A stretch of 60,574 nucleotides of DNA, counting the filler, from Hausera hauseri (Eukaryota), in NCBI GenBank assembly GCA_046269625.1. It is 11 parts of 11 records of this genome, joined end to end, with 100 filler letters (N's around TTAATTAATTAA, not from the genome) between each part and the next. Parts side by side here need not be neighbours in the genome. Positions count along the whole stretch, not along the records: positions 20,818 to 25,273 come from JBJURY010572117.1; positions 25,374 to 33,046 come from JBJURY010001014.1; positions 33,147 to 37,709 come from JBJURY010526235.1; 8 more parts are not named here. The stretch is one strand, 5' to 3'. The notes beneath the pieces were generated by a model. That model was not told the origin of the DNA. It made no database searches and saw only the letters and a program-made list of their open reading frames with translations. Positions 24,517 to 37,809 of this stretch are shown piece by piece. The translations under genes and the position numbers were made by a program. How positions within the stretch are numbered: the stretch's first letter is position 1; each line of letters begins with the position of its first letter.

Positions 24517-24998
24517 TGTTGTGAGAACATATTATTGAAAATCTTACATGCCCACATGTCACAGAAGTTATTCTTGTATAAACAGTATTATAGACTGAAC
24601 ATTTTTTATTGATGATAATGTTGTGAGAACATAGTTATTTATCGTAACAGCTTGGCAATTTCCCAACCTAATCGTGTACACTCGCTGAAGATATAATTCA
24701 CAATAATGTGATGAAGGTAATCAAGGTGTTGACTGCTTTTCTTTATGATTACAATGTAATTGTTATTCTAGTGAATACAGAGTAATTTCCTGTAATTGTC
24801 ATATCATTTTTTAGATCACTAATATTATATAATGTTGTGATAGTAAGACTTAGTCAAAAAAAGGAAATAAGAATTTCATTTTTCGTTCTCATCTTCGTCG
24901 TATGTTTTTGGAGAGAGTGAATCAAGAAGAAAAGTTGTACTATATTGAATAAAGTTCGTCATTACTTTTGGGTTTCTACTTTTCAAAGAAAGTTAACA
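24517..24998 (+). repeat. Candidate LTR
   Basis: TGTT...AACA termini, AATAAA near 24948, follows a decayed ORF region. No second copy is available to confirm. Confidence 0.4.
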
Positions 24999-25273
24999 TA
25001 ATTGTCCAGGAAGGGTGAAGGATCAAATATTACGTGGGTCTATCTATTTATTTATTTATTTATTTTTGAATTTTTGTAAGAAGAGCTTTAATTGTCGTAA
25101 AATATTTAATATCCTTCGTGGGGTATTAGAAACCTTTATTTTATTTGATTGGGCTCTAAAAACAATTGTGTGATAAATAGATTTGAATGCTTCAAAGTCA
25201 TTTGCGGACTATTCGTTGAATTGCCTTAGTGATTTGAATCCTTTTAAATAATTGGGTCAAAACCCTGGTGATA

Positions 25274-25373
25274 NNNNNNNNNNNNNNNNNNNNNNNNNNN
25301 NNNNNNNNNNNNNNNNNTTAATTAATTAANNNNNNNNNNNNNNNNNNNNNNNNNNNNNNNNNNNNNNNNNNNN
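25274..25373. other. Artificial contig-join spacer
   Basis: N44-TTAATTAATTAA-N44. Confidence 0.99.
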
Positions 25374-25707
25374 AATAATTCGCATTTTGTTAAAGTGAAA
25401 TTGTAAAGTGTGTCTGTATGAAAGTGACTATAATTCAATAACATGTATCGTATGTCACTCGAGTGGTCCACATTACATTAAATGGATATGTGCAAAAAGT
25501 TTGTAAATTTTCCCACCCGTCATTATGAGTGTTCATAACCATGTTCATGAAAACCGCGAGTCATGACTTGTTTAATGTCCGCTAATTTGAAGCTTTCGTT
25601 CTAATTAATTAATAAAGAGAACAAATGCAACTTATGTGTTATATATATTTTAGGGATGTATTCCGTGGGAATGAGACTGAGATTCTTACCTAAAACTTGG
25701 TAGGTGA

Positions 25708-26308
25708 TGTGTACCGGGTCGGTTATTATTTTTATATTAGTTACTACGGTTTAATATATTACCGGATTATTTATTATTACTTGGGCGGTCGTCAGGTAGT
25801 TTTGACCTGGTCGACCAACGATCCGATTTAATATACTCTTAGTTAGTTATTTACTTTAGTGATTCAAAAATAGACTGAACTTGAAAAATATAATCTGTGT
25901 AATGGAAATATAAAAACAAAATTTAACAAACAATCTAAAATTACAATAACGTACACTTACGTGAAGTCATAACACAAGGTTAACAATGTTCAAGGTTCAA
26001 CGTTAAATGTTTCAAACTACTGAGTATAATACTGCTTATATAGTCATTTTATCGTAGTGGCTTTAACAATAAAATTCACAGTATCCACACCAAAATAAAA
26101 CAAACGGTAAAAATAATGACAATGAATCATAAATAAATCATAAGTAACACATGAACAACGAAGCTGTCAAATAAGAGTTGAAATTTACGAGTACTAAAAA
26201 TCAGCCATTAAATAATTAATACGTTCCACTGATTACTAATGAATAGTTTATTGATTCCACAGTTCACAGAGACTAATAGTGAATAATTAATCAATTCCAT
26301 AGTTCACA
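25708..26308 (-). repeat. Candidate 3' LTR of Gypsy family C
   Basis: Minus strand TGTGAAC...GTACACA (6/7 inverted termini), TATATAAG near 26040, directly downstream of the last ORF. Confidence 0.6.
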
Positions 26309-26477
26309 GACTCGACGGGGGCTGGAAGAAATTGACCCAAATTTGTCAATTGTTCAGGAGGGGCATGTGAATGAATTTATCTATTGTTCGTGATTTGTAG
26401 CGGATGGATGCAGGTTCGAATACTTTATCGTCAACAGTGGTAGTTTCATCTAGTTGCAGATGCCTTTTCCTGCCACA

Positions 26478-27007
26478 TTAAAATATGGTTGGTGCTGTTC
26501 GCACCTCCTCGGAAGCCGAATTTTGAGTTATCAATTCATCGACCCATTTCACTTGTTTATAGATGGATTGGTAGCATTGCACCAAGGCAGTGCTACAAAG
26601 AGGAAAACCTTTAGTGTCATAAAATTTTCTTGCTAACTCTTTGAAAGTTCCAGTCAGTAATTGGTACTGGCGAATTACTTCTTCATGATATAAAATGTCG
26701 CGGATTCCGGCCAACCGCCGATTGGGCATTTGAAATGGTTTACTACCATTTCAATAACCTCGGCTCCGATTACCACTTTGTCCGTTAGTATTTCTGCCAT
26801 TTTTCGGTAGAAATTCGGTGTATCCATCTGGTTATTGATATTGGCTTCAGTTGGACCCGTTATATGCGTATCAAAGTTATTGATACGCTGTCTTGGGGTG
26901 ATTATTTCATACAAGAGTGTGTCCCCGTGCAGAGTCATGATTGATGCTTCGATGGGTTGGAGCTGGTTCCATTGGTCGTAGGCCAAGTTTACGACTGCTA
27001 TGACCAT
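26478..27007 (-). pseudogene. DEDDh 3'-5' exonuclease-like domain (REX4/ISG20 type), catalytic residues absent
   Basis: EASIMTLHGDTLLYEIITPRQRINNFDTHITG...AEILTDKVVIG...IRD...FKELA parallels REX4 RVSIVN.HG.VLYD.YVKP...VTDYRT.VSG...AELLKGRILVG...IRDT...LKKLA. One frameshift near 26730. Confidence 0.75.
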
Positions 27008-27124
27008 ATCGCTATCTTTTATTTTATCAATTCTTCGAAGGGGGATACTTTTATATTTAATGTAGTCTGGTTCCGGAAGATTGAAGCATTTTCCTTCAGG
27101 GAGGCTCGGACAGAATTTTTCGTT

Positions 27125-27574
27125 CTTTATCACTTCCATTGATAATATTATTCGGTTGGTGCCAGAACGAATTTTAAATGTATTTGTATTAAGAAACGTA
27201 TGATCGAAAGCGAGACCGTGTTCTGCGCCCAAATTGATCAAATCTCCTTTTACAGCTGTTTTCTTATTGGAAGTTTTGACTTGCAGTTGACCAGTAACAC
27301 AATAAAGATTCATGGAATAAAAACGTTCTGGTAAGATCAATATGTCCGACAGATAGAAGGAAATAGCTTTCGAGATTTGCAGAAGGGCGAGCGAACGATT
27401 CACCATACCGTAGCCTTTCCAGTTATTTGGAATTTGTTGTGCCTGTGGATAATTTAGACTAGTCATGGTATTATTGTGGACTATATGATATTGATTGGAT
27501 TGATTTGCTTTTATAACGTGGTTCTTAGCATTGTTATACCAATGCTTTGATCGATTAATTGTCTGGATTTGATA
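27125..27574 (-). other. AlkB/2OG-Fe(II) dioxygenase-like (DSBH) domain, probably inactive
   Basis: VNRSLAL...ISFYLSD...FYSMNL...KGDLINL...FDHTF...RIILSME parallels AlkB FNSCLVN...IGWHxD...IASLSL...GDLLVM...WxHxV...RINLTFR. Confidence 0.4.
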
Positions 27575-27775
27575 GAACGTTGACGAAGATACTGCAAGAA
27601 ACAAAGTCAATGTGATTCTATACACGATATTTAAATTCAACACAACGGTTATCATACACATCACTAAGGTAATCGTTGTGGTTATTGGGGAATGAATTCG
27701 ACTATAAGTAACTAGATGTTGTTTGGCTATCTTTTTTCTTAGGGTTGCTTTGATAGCAATCCCTGTGACTAATTG

Positions 27776-29161
27776 TCAGCTGGGATTGTCTGTATCTAAC
27801 GGATTTGTTAGATCACGCATGTTAATTCTAACCCAGCTTCTACTCTGTTTACATTGCAAGTGTAGGATTTTGATTACTATTATCGATATGACTATCAACG
27901 TTAAAGGAACTAAGGATCCGATTAATATTACCTCCAAACGAGAATATTTATACGAGGCTCGAGAGGGTTTGCTAGTTACTTGATTACTAACTGGATTTAT
28001 CTTATAAATTAGTTCCTTTTTATGACTCTTCTTTGTAAATGCCGACATTACCTTGGTAGAAGTTATCTTATCATTATCATCTATTAACTACAGGATAACC
28101 GTATACCTTGTATTAGGGTCTAAGGCTGCGCATGGTACTATCAAATCATCCGGCGTTAGTACTCCCTTCGCTACTACTGTATCTTGTTTCTTACATGTGA
28201 ATCTAATTTTCAATAAATCTAAATCTGGCCTAACGGATATAATTAGAGCAGTAGGGGCTGCTATAAAAGTTACGTTATCCCATATAGAGCGCTTTTAACG
28301 ATAATAAAACGCGTAAGGTCTAATCAAAATAGTCATTTCTTTTTTATCGGTCAAGAAGTTCATAGCTGGTGTCGTAATCTTTTCCTGTATGTCATCGTAT
28401 TCTTTTTGATTGTTATATCGTATAAACATCGTTGGTCCGGTTCGCTCTAATGGGTATCCAAATTTATTATTTCTTCTCCGAAATAGGAGATATTGAATAT
28501 GATATATTTTCCCCCGTGTAACCATACAACAGACTCGTTGTTGTGTACCATTTAGTCTGCAGACTCTAACCTTCGGCCTCACTGTTTCTACTAGTTTTAT
28601 TGTTATTCGTCGACTATCTTACAGTTATATCATTGTTATTATCTAAATTCAACTTCTTCCGCTTTTAAGTCCCATTGATCTTGATATTATCTGATTAAGT
28701 ATTACTTCGTTTAATTGAGTCTCGTTCATCTGTTGTCTTGTAGTGATTACTATTAATCTATAAAATTTTGTTTTCTGGCTTTTTTAGTGATCTCCCTGTC
28801 TTTTTATGAGTGTAACGTATATGTAATGGACACCTGAACCTTGTAAAATAGACAGTGTCTGATTGGTGTCTGAGTGGAATAATCAGTTATATTGTCGCTC
28901 ATTTGGGTCTCTTGTATTATCATACCACGGTATTATTTGTATCCCCATTATATATGTTGGGGGCAGTTGTTCTGGCATATTCCAGTTCATCACTTTTTGA
29001 CCTTTTTCTGAGTATGTTATTCTATACCGTAGACGTTTCATTAACAAGTCTTCTTTTATGACTATTGTATGTAGTATTTTTGCTCTTTCGATCTCTTGAT
29101 TCGTCAGCCGTCCGATCGCTCTGGGGAATGATAAGATGATGCTTAATAACAAACACTGCAT
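27776..29161 (-). pseudogene. Env-position membrane protein: signal peptide, FN3-like, furin-like site, FN3-like, TM
   Basis: MQCLLLSIILSFPRAIG; VMNWNMP..IMGIQI...HYIYVTL; YYR*KR|SIW; CAALDPNTRYTVIL...SAFT; TM VILIGSLVPLTLIVISIIVIKIL. Interrupted by point stops. Confidence 0.6.
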
Positions 29162-32100
29162 TAACCAATGAGATCCATTGGTTGGATCTACCCTGTTTGA
29201 TTTTTCATTACTACTTACTACTTCTTTTTAGCCTTTTCTTAACTCACTTCCCTTGGCCGCTGGTTTACATCTATTAAGGCGAACCTTCACAGATGTATTC
29301 TTCTTCTTCAAACAAATATTAGGTAGATCCACTCTCTCTACTTCTTAAGGCCCTTTATATGGCCTATCCAATTTTGATGTTTTACCCTTTTTAGTGGGCC
29401 GTGAATATAACATTACCTGGTCACCTATTTTAATTTTTGGCTGTTTGGCCTTTTGTCATAATACTTTTTCATTTTAATTTATAGTCTTTCTGGTTATCAC
29501 CAATTGTTTTATATGATAGATGGAGGCGTTCCTACATTAACTGCTTATAATCTCCTACCTCCATTAGACGCGAAACAGGTTTCAGTCGGTAATCTTTCAT
29601 CCCGTAAATACATCAAGTAAAAGGGTGTCTCTTTAGTAGCCTCGTGGACCAATGTCCGATTTACAAAAATACATGCATTGATATATTCATCCCAATTGTC
29701 TTGTCTAGTGTTTACTACCATTTGTTATTTCCCTTTTAGATCTCTAATATATCTGTCGATCATTCAGTTATTTTCTGGGTGTCCCGGTGTGGATCGTAGT
29801 TTTAATATCTTCAAAATGTCATATATTGACTGAATTACGGTTCCTGTTAAATTTGACGCTTGATCGGTTAAAAGAATTCTTGGAGCTCCATAACTAAATA
29901 CTATATTTTCCACAAATTACTCAGCGATTATATCTGCCTTCATATCAGCCATTAGTAGGGCCACAACCCATCTAGTAAAGTAATCAGTAAAGACTAGGAT
30001 ATATCGGTTTCCATTTCGGGTTAATGTTAGTGGCCCCGTTATGTCCATTGCAGTAAATTCAAATGGTGCTGGGGTTGTCCCATATCTTTAATGGTGCTTT
30101 GAATTTTGATCCCATGTTTTTTCGGGTGGTACATAGTTTACAACTGTCGCACCAGTCCTGTACATCTTTCGATATCGATGGCCAAAAGAATTTTCTTTTC
30201 AACTTTTTAAGCGTTTTATTTACTGACTGGTGTCTACAAAGGAGTCCATCATGGTATTGAGTTAACAGAACTGTTCTGTTTTTCTTGGGAATTACTAAAG
30301 TAGGTCCATTTTGATGAACAAAGTATAAAAGTCCTTCTTTTTTCTCATAAGCTTCACTGAATCGGGCCAAATGGCGAGTTAATCCTTTATCAGCTGGTAT
30401 GGTTTTGTCCTTTATGCATCTTCTAATGGCCCTTATTTTACTTCTTTTGTTTTGATTTGCCTTAATTTTTTCTACTGATCCATCCATGCTCCATAAGGCT
30501 GCGACTACTGCTTTTTCCCTTTCTGATTTACTGGGTATTCTGGATAGATAATATGCGTTTGCGTTACGTGATCCCGGTTTATATTGGAAATTCAATGTAT
30601 AGGGCTGTAACTTTAAAGCCCATCGTAGTAGTCTGCTGTTAGGATTTTCATGTTGTTTTAACCATCGGAGCGGTTTATGACCTGTATAAACTATGAGAGG
30701 TTTATTTTCACTAATATAGGGCGAAAACACCTCCAAGGCAAATATGACTGCGAATAGTTCTTTTTTAATTACCGCATATTTCCTCTAATGTTTATTGAGT
30801 TTTCGTGAAGCGTAGGTTACTGGGTATTCCTTCCCATCTTCACCCTTTTGTAAAAACACTGCTACTATCCCATAGTCGCTTGCGTCCGTTGCCAAAATGA
30901 ATAGTTTGGTCATATCCGGATAGAATAAATAGGAGCAGTTAACAGCCTATCCTTTAGATATTCGAATGCTTTTTGGCATTTGTTTGTCCAAATGACTTTG
31001 TCTAGGTCTTTGCGTAATAGTTCATACAAAGGTTTTACAATTTTGTTAAAATCCTTTATAAATCTTCGGTAATAGTTTGCCAGATCTAAAAACTGACGTA
31101 ACTATTTGACTGTACCTGGCTTTGGGAAGTCTCTTATTTTTCCCAGAAGCTTGTCTTGAGGTTTTACGCCATGACTATCTACTCTATATCCGAGGAAATC
31201 TACCTCTGCTTGAGCAAACGAGCATTTCTTTGGGTTTATCTTTAGGCCCATTATTTCGCATCTATCAAAGAGATCTTGTAGATCACTTAGATGTTGTTGA
31301 AAATTTGGCGATGCTATTATTACATCATCAATATATACCATGGCATGTGGAGCGTCTAGCAGCAAAAGTTCTGTTCCTCTCTGAAACGTTGGCAGTTTAT
31401 TCTTTAATCCAAATAGCATCCTATTAAATTCCCATAAACCTTCTCCGATTGCAAAGGCTGTCTTTGGTTTATCCTCTTCTTTCATTTCCACTTTCCAGTA
31501 ACCTTTTTGTAAATCTATTGTTGAGAATATTGTTGACCATGTAGTTTACTAATATTTCGTCAATTTTTGATAACGGATATGTATCCGTTTCCGTTATTTC
31601 GTTTAATGCCCAATAGTCTATACAAAATCTCATAGTCCCATCCTTTTCTTGACCATCACTTCTAGAGACGTCCATGGTAAACAAATTGGTCAAATTATCT
31701 CGTTTTCCCTTAGTTCTTTTATTATTTTTTGTGCTTCTTGATTTTTATCATATGCTAGTCGATAAGGTCTTTTCTTTATGGGTTTGTATTGTTTCTCCTT
31801 CAACTTAATGACATGTTGCATTATATTCATTGTACCAAATCATAATTATTTTGTGCAAATCGATTATTATTCTTTTTTAATAGTTCGATCAGTGTCCTCT
31901 TCTCTTCCTTAGTTAAAATCTCGCATTTCTGTAGCTTCTCATGCCAATTGATACTGCTTATTTTATTTCTTTCTCTATCTTCATTTGGTTCCTTCTTTAA
32001 TTTCTTTGTTATTAATTTTTCTATTCTATCTACGTTTGAAATGGTCGAATATATATTTTGTTTTATTATTTCCTCACTGGTCGTTATTTCTCCTAATCTC

Positions 32101-33046
32101 ACATTCTTACGCAGTCGCCTTTCTTTACTTGCCGTATTACAAATCCGCAAATGAATCTTACCATCCCTCACTCTATATACATGGGGGCGATTAGAATCTC
32201 GTACTTCTCCATAACTTGTGCAGATGGTTAAAAGTAAATAACCTTAGGTAATGCTTGACTTTCTATTTCTCCGGGTACTACTACCTCGGATCGCGGTTGG
32301 ATTGTCATATCTTTTATTAATGTGACCATTTCTTTGTCTTCACCGAAAGTCTTCAGTTGAAATGTTTACAAATCTATATAAACATTTCCCAATTGGTTTA
32401 GTATATCACATCCAATTAAAATTCCGTTAGTCAGATTATCGGCTATCCTTATAGTATGTTCTACAATCTGTTCACCGATCCTAATTTTGGCATTTAAGAC
32501 CATCTTGATTTCTTCTTCTGTGCCGAAAGATCCTACATTTATTAAGGTAGTTGTTGGTCATCGTAATTTCCTTTTTAACTCCTTTGGTAATTGGCTCCTT
32601 CCCATTATCGTCGTTGTGGATCCAGTGTCCAGCAAAGCCGTCATTGGGTATTTATTAACCTCTATCTCTATTTCTGGCCTTATAGGTAGTTGTCCATTTT
32701 TATCATCAGTTTTGTATCTAGATTCACGTTTATATGGTGTTACATTTTCGTCAAGATTTCGTTGTATCTGTTGTATTTGATGCACTGGGTATGTTAGGAT
32801 CTCTTGGTTACCCAAAAATCTAAATTTAAAAAAATTGGAAAAACGATAAGAATCCCAAACTGAACTTTTTGAATTTGAAACCTGTGAGAGAAATAACCAT
32901 TTCCCCAATCAACAAAAATCCCAAAAAGTAAAAGTCAAAAACGAGCCTGAAGAGCAAGAATCCAGCTACACAAATTCGAAAACCGCATTAAAAAATAACA
33001 ATCCAAACCGAAACAGTTCAAAAAACAAGTCAAAAAGCCACAGAAC

Positions 33047-33146
33047 NNNNNNNNNNNNNNNNNNNNNNNNNNNNNNNNNNNNNNNNNNNNTTAATTAATT
33101 AANNNNNNNNNNNNNNNNNNNNNNNNNNNNNNNNNNNNNNNNNNNN
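33047..33146. other. Artificial contig-join spacer
   Basis: N44-TTAATTAATTAA-N44. Confidence 0.99.
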
Positions 33147-34700
33147 GATTGGTGTTAACCCACGTCTGATAAACAGATATATAAACGAGTTGAAAAGTGA
33201 AAAACACACCGAAACGCGCAAAAAAAATTGTTCTTTATTACAGACTGTTACGGCAAAGATTGTCACACTTACCGATTGGTAAGTTGGTTCAGTTTAGCTT
33301 TTATTAAGGATTGTGGCGATTAACCTGATAGCATAAAGAGTTAAGAGCTTGGTCAGACCTTATATCGGTATTCGTAATTAGTAGTAGAAAAATAAAACAT
33401 GGATTCACGTCAAGCTACTAGAACAGAAATATCGGACGACACGCATGGTAATCACATTTATGAAATCATGTTTTACAATAAATTTGAAACTAAGAAATGG
33501 TAAAATTATGTAATTAAACAAGCTATTGTTGATTTTTGTACATTATTGTACTTTAATACATATTTCTATACGAATTGACCGTACTTAGCGGTGGATTGTT
33601 CACCCTAACTGTGACATGATCACCGTCTGACGAATGTTTGTTACAACCATATGATTTTAACCATCTTCGATTTTGTGAGTTGCAGTAGAAAACGTAGGTT
33701 GAAAACCGTAATGAATAAATGTTTAGTGATTCAGAGAGTTGGGGAGGTCGATGCATTGAGACTAATCCTGTCATGCGAACTTCATTATCATCCTACAAGA
33801 TCAGAGATTCTAGACGCGATTAGTTGTGGATAATGTATATTGGTTAGCTGTTCAGTGGATATTAAATAATGGTTATGTTTATGCATAAGTGTAATCCCGA
33901 ATTGGCGGAGAATTAGTTATTTCGCGTTTTGAGGGTCAACGAGAAAGCAAAGTTAAAATAGCAAGTCAATGAAAGAGTATAGTAATAAGAACAATTGGGC
34001 AATCACAACCACATGATCATATACCTTCAGTGACATTTATACTAGAGAAATATGTATGGAACTTGCTTTCCAAAGAAGCGGGTGGTAAAGAGAGGCATAA
34101 TTATTACGGTCACAGAAGGATTTTCGTTATTGTTCGTTTAGTAATTTTGATAATTGTTTGTTTTATAATATTATTATTGCTGACAACCTGAATGTTGGGA
34201 TAACCCTCTGATGCAAAGTTGTCTAAAGCTCGGCGAGAATGATGATAGATCATCTATCAGATCTATTATATACTCGTATGCCGCATAATTGATCGGTGGA
34301 AGGATTAAGTCTGATAGAAGTTATAATGATTCAAATCTTGACTATCTTTCTTGTTGTATATATTAAAAGAGTTCTGTATTTCTTTATAGAGATTAACCGT
34401 GACCAAGGCAAAAACGATATTTTAATAAGAAGAATTCGACATCATATTAACTATGAGTAACTTCAATTTTAGGATAAGTGTTTAATACCATACAAATTTT
34501 AATGATTTCATTACCCTGGGAGGAGAAGTTGTACGATTAGCAATAAATGGACTTGGATTGTGTATTGAGGAAATAACCACAACGTCACTTCACCATATAT
34601 AACCAAGGGTTGGATGAAACATGGTCAATATGTTAGTAATGAACATATGTAAAGGGTATTTTAGTCGTGTAAGGTTCCACCTTACAAAAGAGAAAAAGTT
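33147..34700 (-). mobile_element. Heavily decayed Gypsy-like gag/protease remnant
   Basis: Only scattered residual gag- and protease-like words (e.g. SDVG.TPI at the contig edge); no intact ORF. Confidence 0.3.
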
Positions 34701-36439
34701 AACTAAAACACTTTCAAAATTAGTCAGCACAAAAATCTGAATTTACAAACCAAAAATAGAGAAGCACGTAAATAAATTAAAATTCAATACTTAAAATAAA
34801 AATCAGAAAAATAGATAGCACGAATCAAAATAAAAGTTATCAAAAATAACCAATAATCACGGATTCATGTACAGAAAAAACAAGACAAACAAATTAAAAA
34901 TTTTCAAAAATTAAAATTAATTTTGTTTATATAAAAAATTTTAATAACAGTTGAAAATCTTCAAAAAAATCCATCAGCAAAAAAGAACAGCAATTCCGAA
35001 GCCAAAAATATTCAAACAGAAAACTGTCACAAAAGCGAAAATTATTCTTGTTTCAAAGAAATTCACTTTTATTAAAAAGAAACTTTAAAAGGAAAGTAAA
35101 ACAAAAATTAAGATGTCGGGAAGCTAAAAAACAAATCAGCCAAACAGCATATGCAACAAAATGCTTTCTACAACCAGCCGATGCGACGTGAAACAATCAT
35201 GCTCGACCAAGGCACCGAAATCGGGAGAACCCGTCTCTACGGAAGACGCGAAGGTCATATCAGGCAGCGCCACCGACAGAAAGACAGAACTCGGATCACG
35301 TTCCGGCCAACACTAGCAAGCAAGAACAGCCGTGCCCAACCCAGCGAGGCGCAGCCTCCCGCGGGAAACGCCGTCGCGACACAGACAAGCAAGTCCCGTA
35401 CCGGTCCTACTCGGACTATCTGACGGTACGGTAGCTTCTGCAACGGAGCCGCTTTGTACGACATTTGGTCGGGCTGGAGTGAGAGGATCTTTACTGTCTA
35501 CTGGCAGGAACGCTTCATCGGTTCTATGAGGACGGGGAAACCGACGTGTTTTAGACTCGTCAGTTTTCCTGCCGGTGTTCCTGAGACTGATGGCTGCAAC
35601 CGATCGCCTTTATGAATCCATGGCCCCCCTCGGAGAGCAGGTTAATTCCAACGCGTCCAAGGACTTTGAGTTCTGAGATTCCGTCAAAGCCACGGCACAG
35701 ATTCCGACTGAATACGACATCCAGAAAACCATCGCTGCTTGACTGGAGTTCGGACGACACTCCAATTTGCGTACGTCGAAACTTCCGAGCCAGCAAGTAG
35801 CTGTCCTCCACGGACGTATAATACGCCTCAGTAGATTCTGTGGGTGATGATGTTAATAACAATAAACGTTGTGCCAATTATTCAACCTTCTTCATGCACT
35901 ATTTGGTGTTCGTTTTTGTTTACTGTTTTATCGCCATGACGTCGGGGGTCGGTATAAAGGTTTTCCATAGGGCAAAAACATCTAAAATTGTGGTAGCGAA
36001 TACCGCACACACGTCCCTTTCACACAGAACCGAACATATTGATTCTGACATTTCGACAAACGCGGCCGTCGAAAACAATCCGGCCACAAATATCCACATC
36101 ACTAAACGTGATGACACGCGACCCGCCAACCATACGAACGATATCGAACAAATGGTAAACTATACTAGCACCAAAATACACGATAATAACGCTAACTCGG
36201 CGCACAAATCCGGAAAAGCAACAATCCCGCGGGAAATCCAGTTTCTTCTGCGTGGCCTACACAACACGAGGGCACATCGTTTCTCGTCTAATACATCCAT
36301 AAAGGCGATGCTACAACAGCTCGCGAGCTCATATCCGGACCACACCTTTTCATATAATGCAAACATTGTGCGTCCATGGGATAATCTCATTTAGGACTAT
36401 TACGCCACACACAGCGCAACAATGTTAGCCATTCCCGAT

Positions 36440-37709
36440 TAAAAGGAGGTGTTGACAACCTTACACCTGACAAAAAAGCAGAAACTGCTTCAGCAACACA
36501 GGCCAAACCACACAAATTAGCATGTCCCACTTTATTCATAGGTTCGGATGGAACTCCATTGAAGTGGTTCGATGTGTTTGAAACATGGGCTACTCAATGC
36601 AGCATCACCGGCCAACTAAACAAGGTCTTAACATTAATTCAGTACCTGCAGCCAACAACGCTCGCAGCCATAACGGATCTGGACACACTATTGCCAGATG
36701 AAAAACCGTTTGACAAAATCAAAGGAGCCATATGCAAAGCATACCTGCCATCCCAACAGGATTAGTTCAACCTGGTTTTCACCAAGCGACAGACAGGAAA
36801 TATGAAACCTTCTGCCTTGCTTCAAAGGTTACGCTCAGACTTGAGCAGTGCTGAGTTGGACCTCCACACCAACCAGCACATACTACGGCGCTACTTCCTG
36901 AGTAGCCTGTCCAACCAGATCCAACCCGCACTTGTACTATTACCGCCCTATACTACGTTGGACGATATGGTATCAAAAGCCGACAAAATACATGAGTGAC
37001 TAAAGGCACCGTAAAATCCGCACAAACAAAAAACATCCACTCCGTCACGATGATCCAGCAAAATCAGCTAGACATCATTATCGCCGCATTTCAGGCACTT
37101 GTAGCGCACAAGAATCTGCCAGCCAGGGATGAACCGTCATCTGGGCGCCAATCTCCCAAAAGAAAGAAAGGCAAAGTTTCCAAAATTTGCTATTTCCACA
37201 CACGATTCGGCGAATCCACCTATAAATGGTACCATGGCCGTCAATTTGACAAGCCATCCGCAAACATAAAAGTGCAAGACACTTGCATTTATCAAAACCA
37301 TTTCGGTCCAGATGCAAAAATCTGTCGACCCGGCTGCAAATTTTACAAGCCATCAAAAAACTAGATGGGCCCAGACGACCAACAACACGTCGACTGGAAA
37401 CCCAATCACCACAACTGCCGTATACAAATAGCGAACACATTGTCGACGCTATTTTCACTCTCGAGGCAAAACCACTACACTCTGACATCTCGAAACAACT
37501 CGATTTTCTAATCAACACTAGTGCAGCTTTATCGTTGATACATAGCACATATGCTAGACCTATGCTGGTTTCGCATGCATCACTCAAAGCTGCCAATGGC
37601 ACGCGCATAGAAACTACAGTACACTGTACCTGCAATTTCACCTACAAAGCCGACCATACGCTTGGTCATTCATATTGGCCGATGTCATGCAACCAATCCT
37701 TGGTTCTGA
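36440..37709 (+). mobile_element. Gypsy element related to family A, gag-protease portion
   Basis: KWFDVFETWA..., MKPSALLQRLRS...LRRYFLSSL, doubled C-x-x-H-x-x-FG motif, AAAAAAC-TAG, protease FLINTSA, ADV..PILGSD. Confidence 0.85.
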
Positions 37710-37809
37710 NNNNNNNNNNNNNNNNNNNNNNNNNNNNNNNNNNNNNNNNNNNNTTAATTAATTAANNNNNNNNNNNNNNNNNNNNNNNNNNNNNNNNNNN
37801 NNNNNNNNN
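37710..37809. other. Artificial contig-join spacer
   Basis: N44-TTAATTAATTAA-N44. Confidence 0.99.

Larger units (their letters stand above)
25708..32810 (-). mobile_element. Decayed Ty3/Gypsy element (family C) with large 3' accessory region
   Basis: Protease ALLDTGS, RT (KPKTAF, MVYIDDVII), RNase H (LATDASDYG; RLLRWALKL), integrase (QYHDG..H...CDSC; AMDITGP; YKGP), accessory frame 29161-26478, LTR. Confidence 0.9.

Noticed and set aside
35151-36394. Several 60-184 aa ORFs as real genes
   Set aside because: GC-richer LTR/leader-like DNA between two retroelement remnants; overlapping ORFs on both strands with no motifs.
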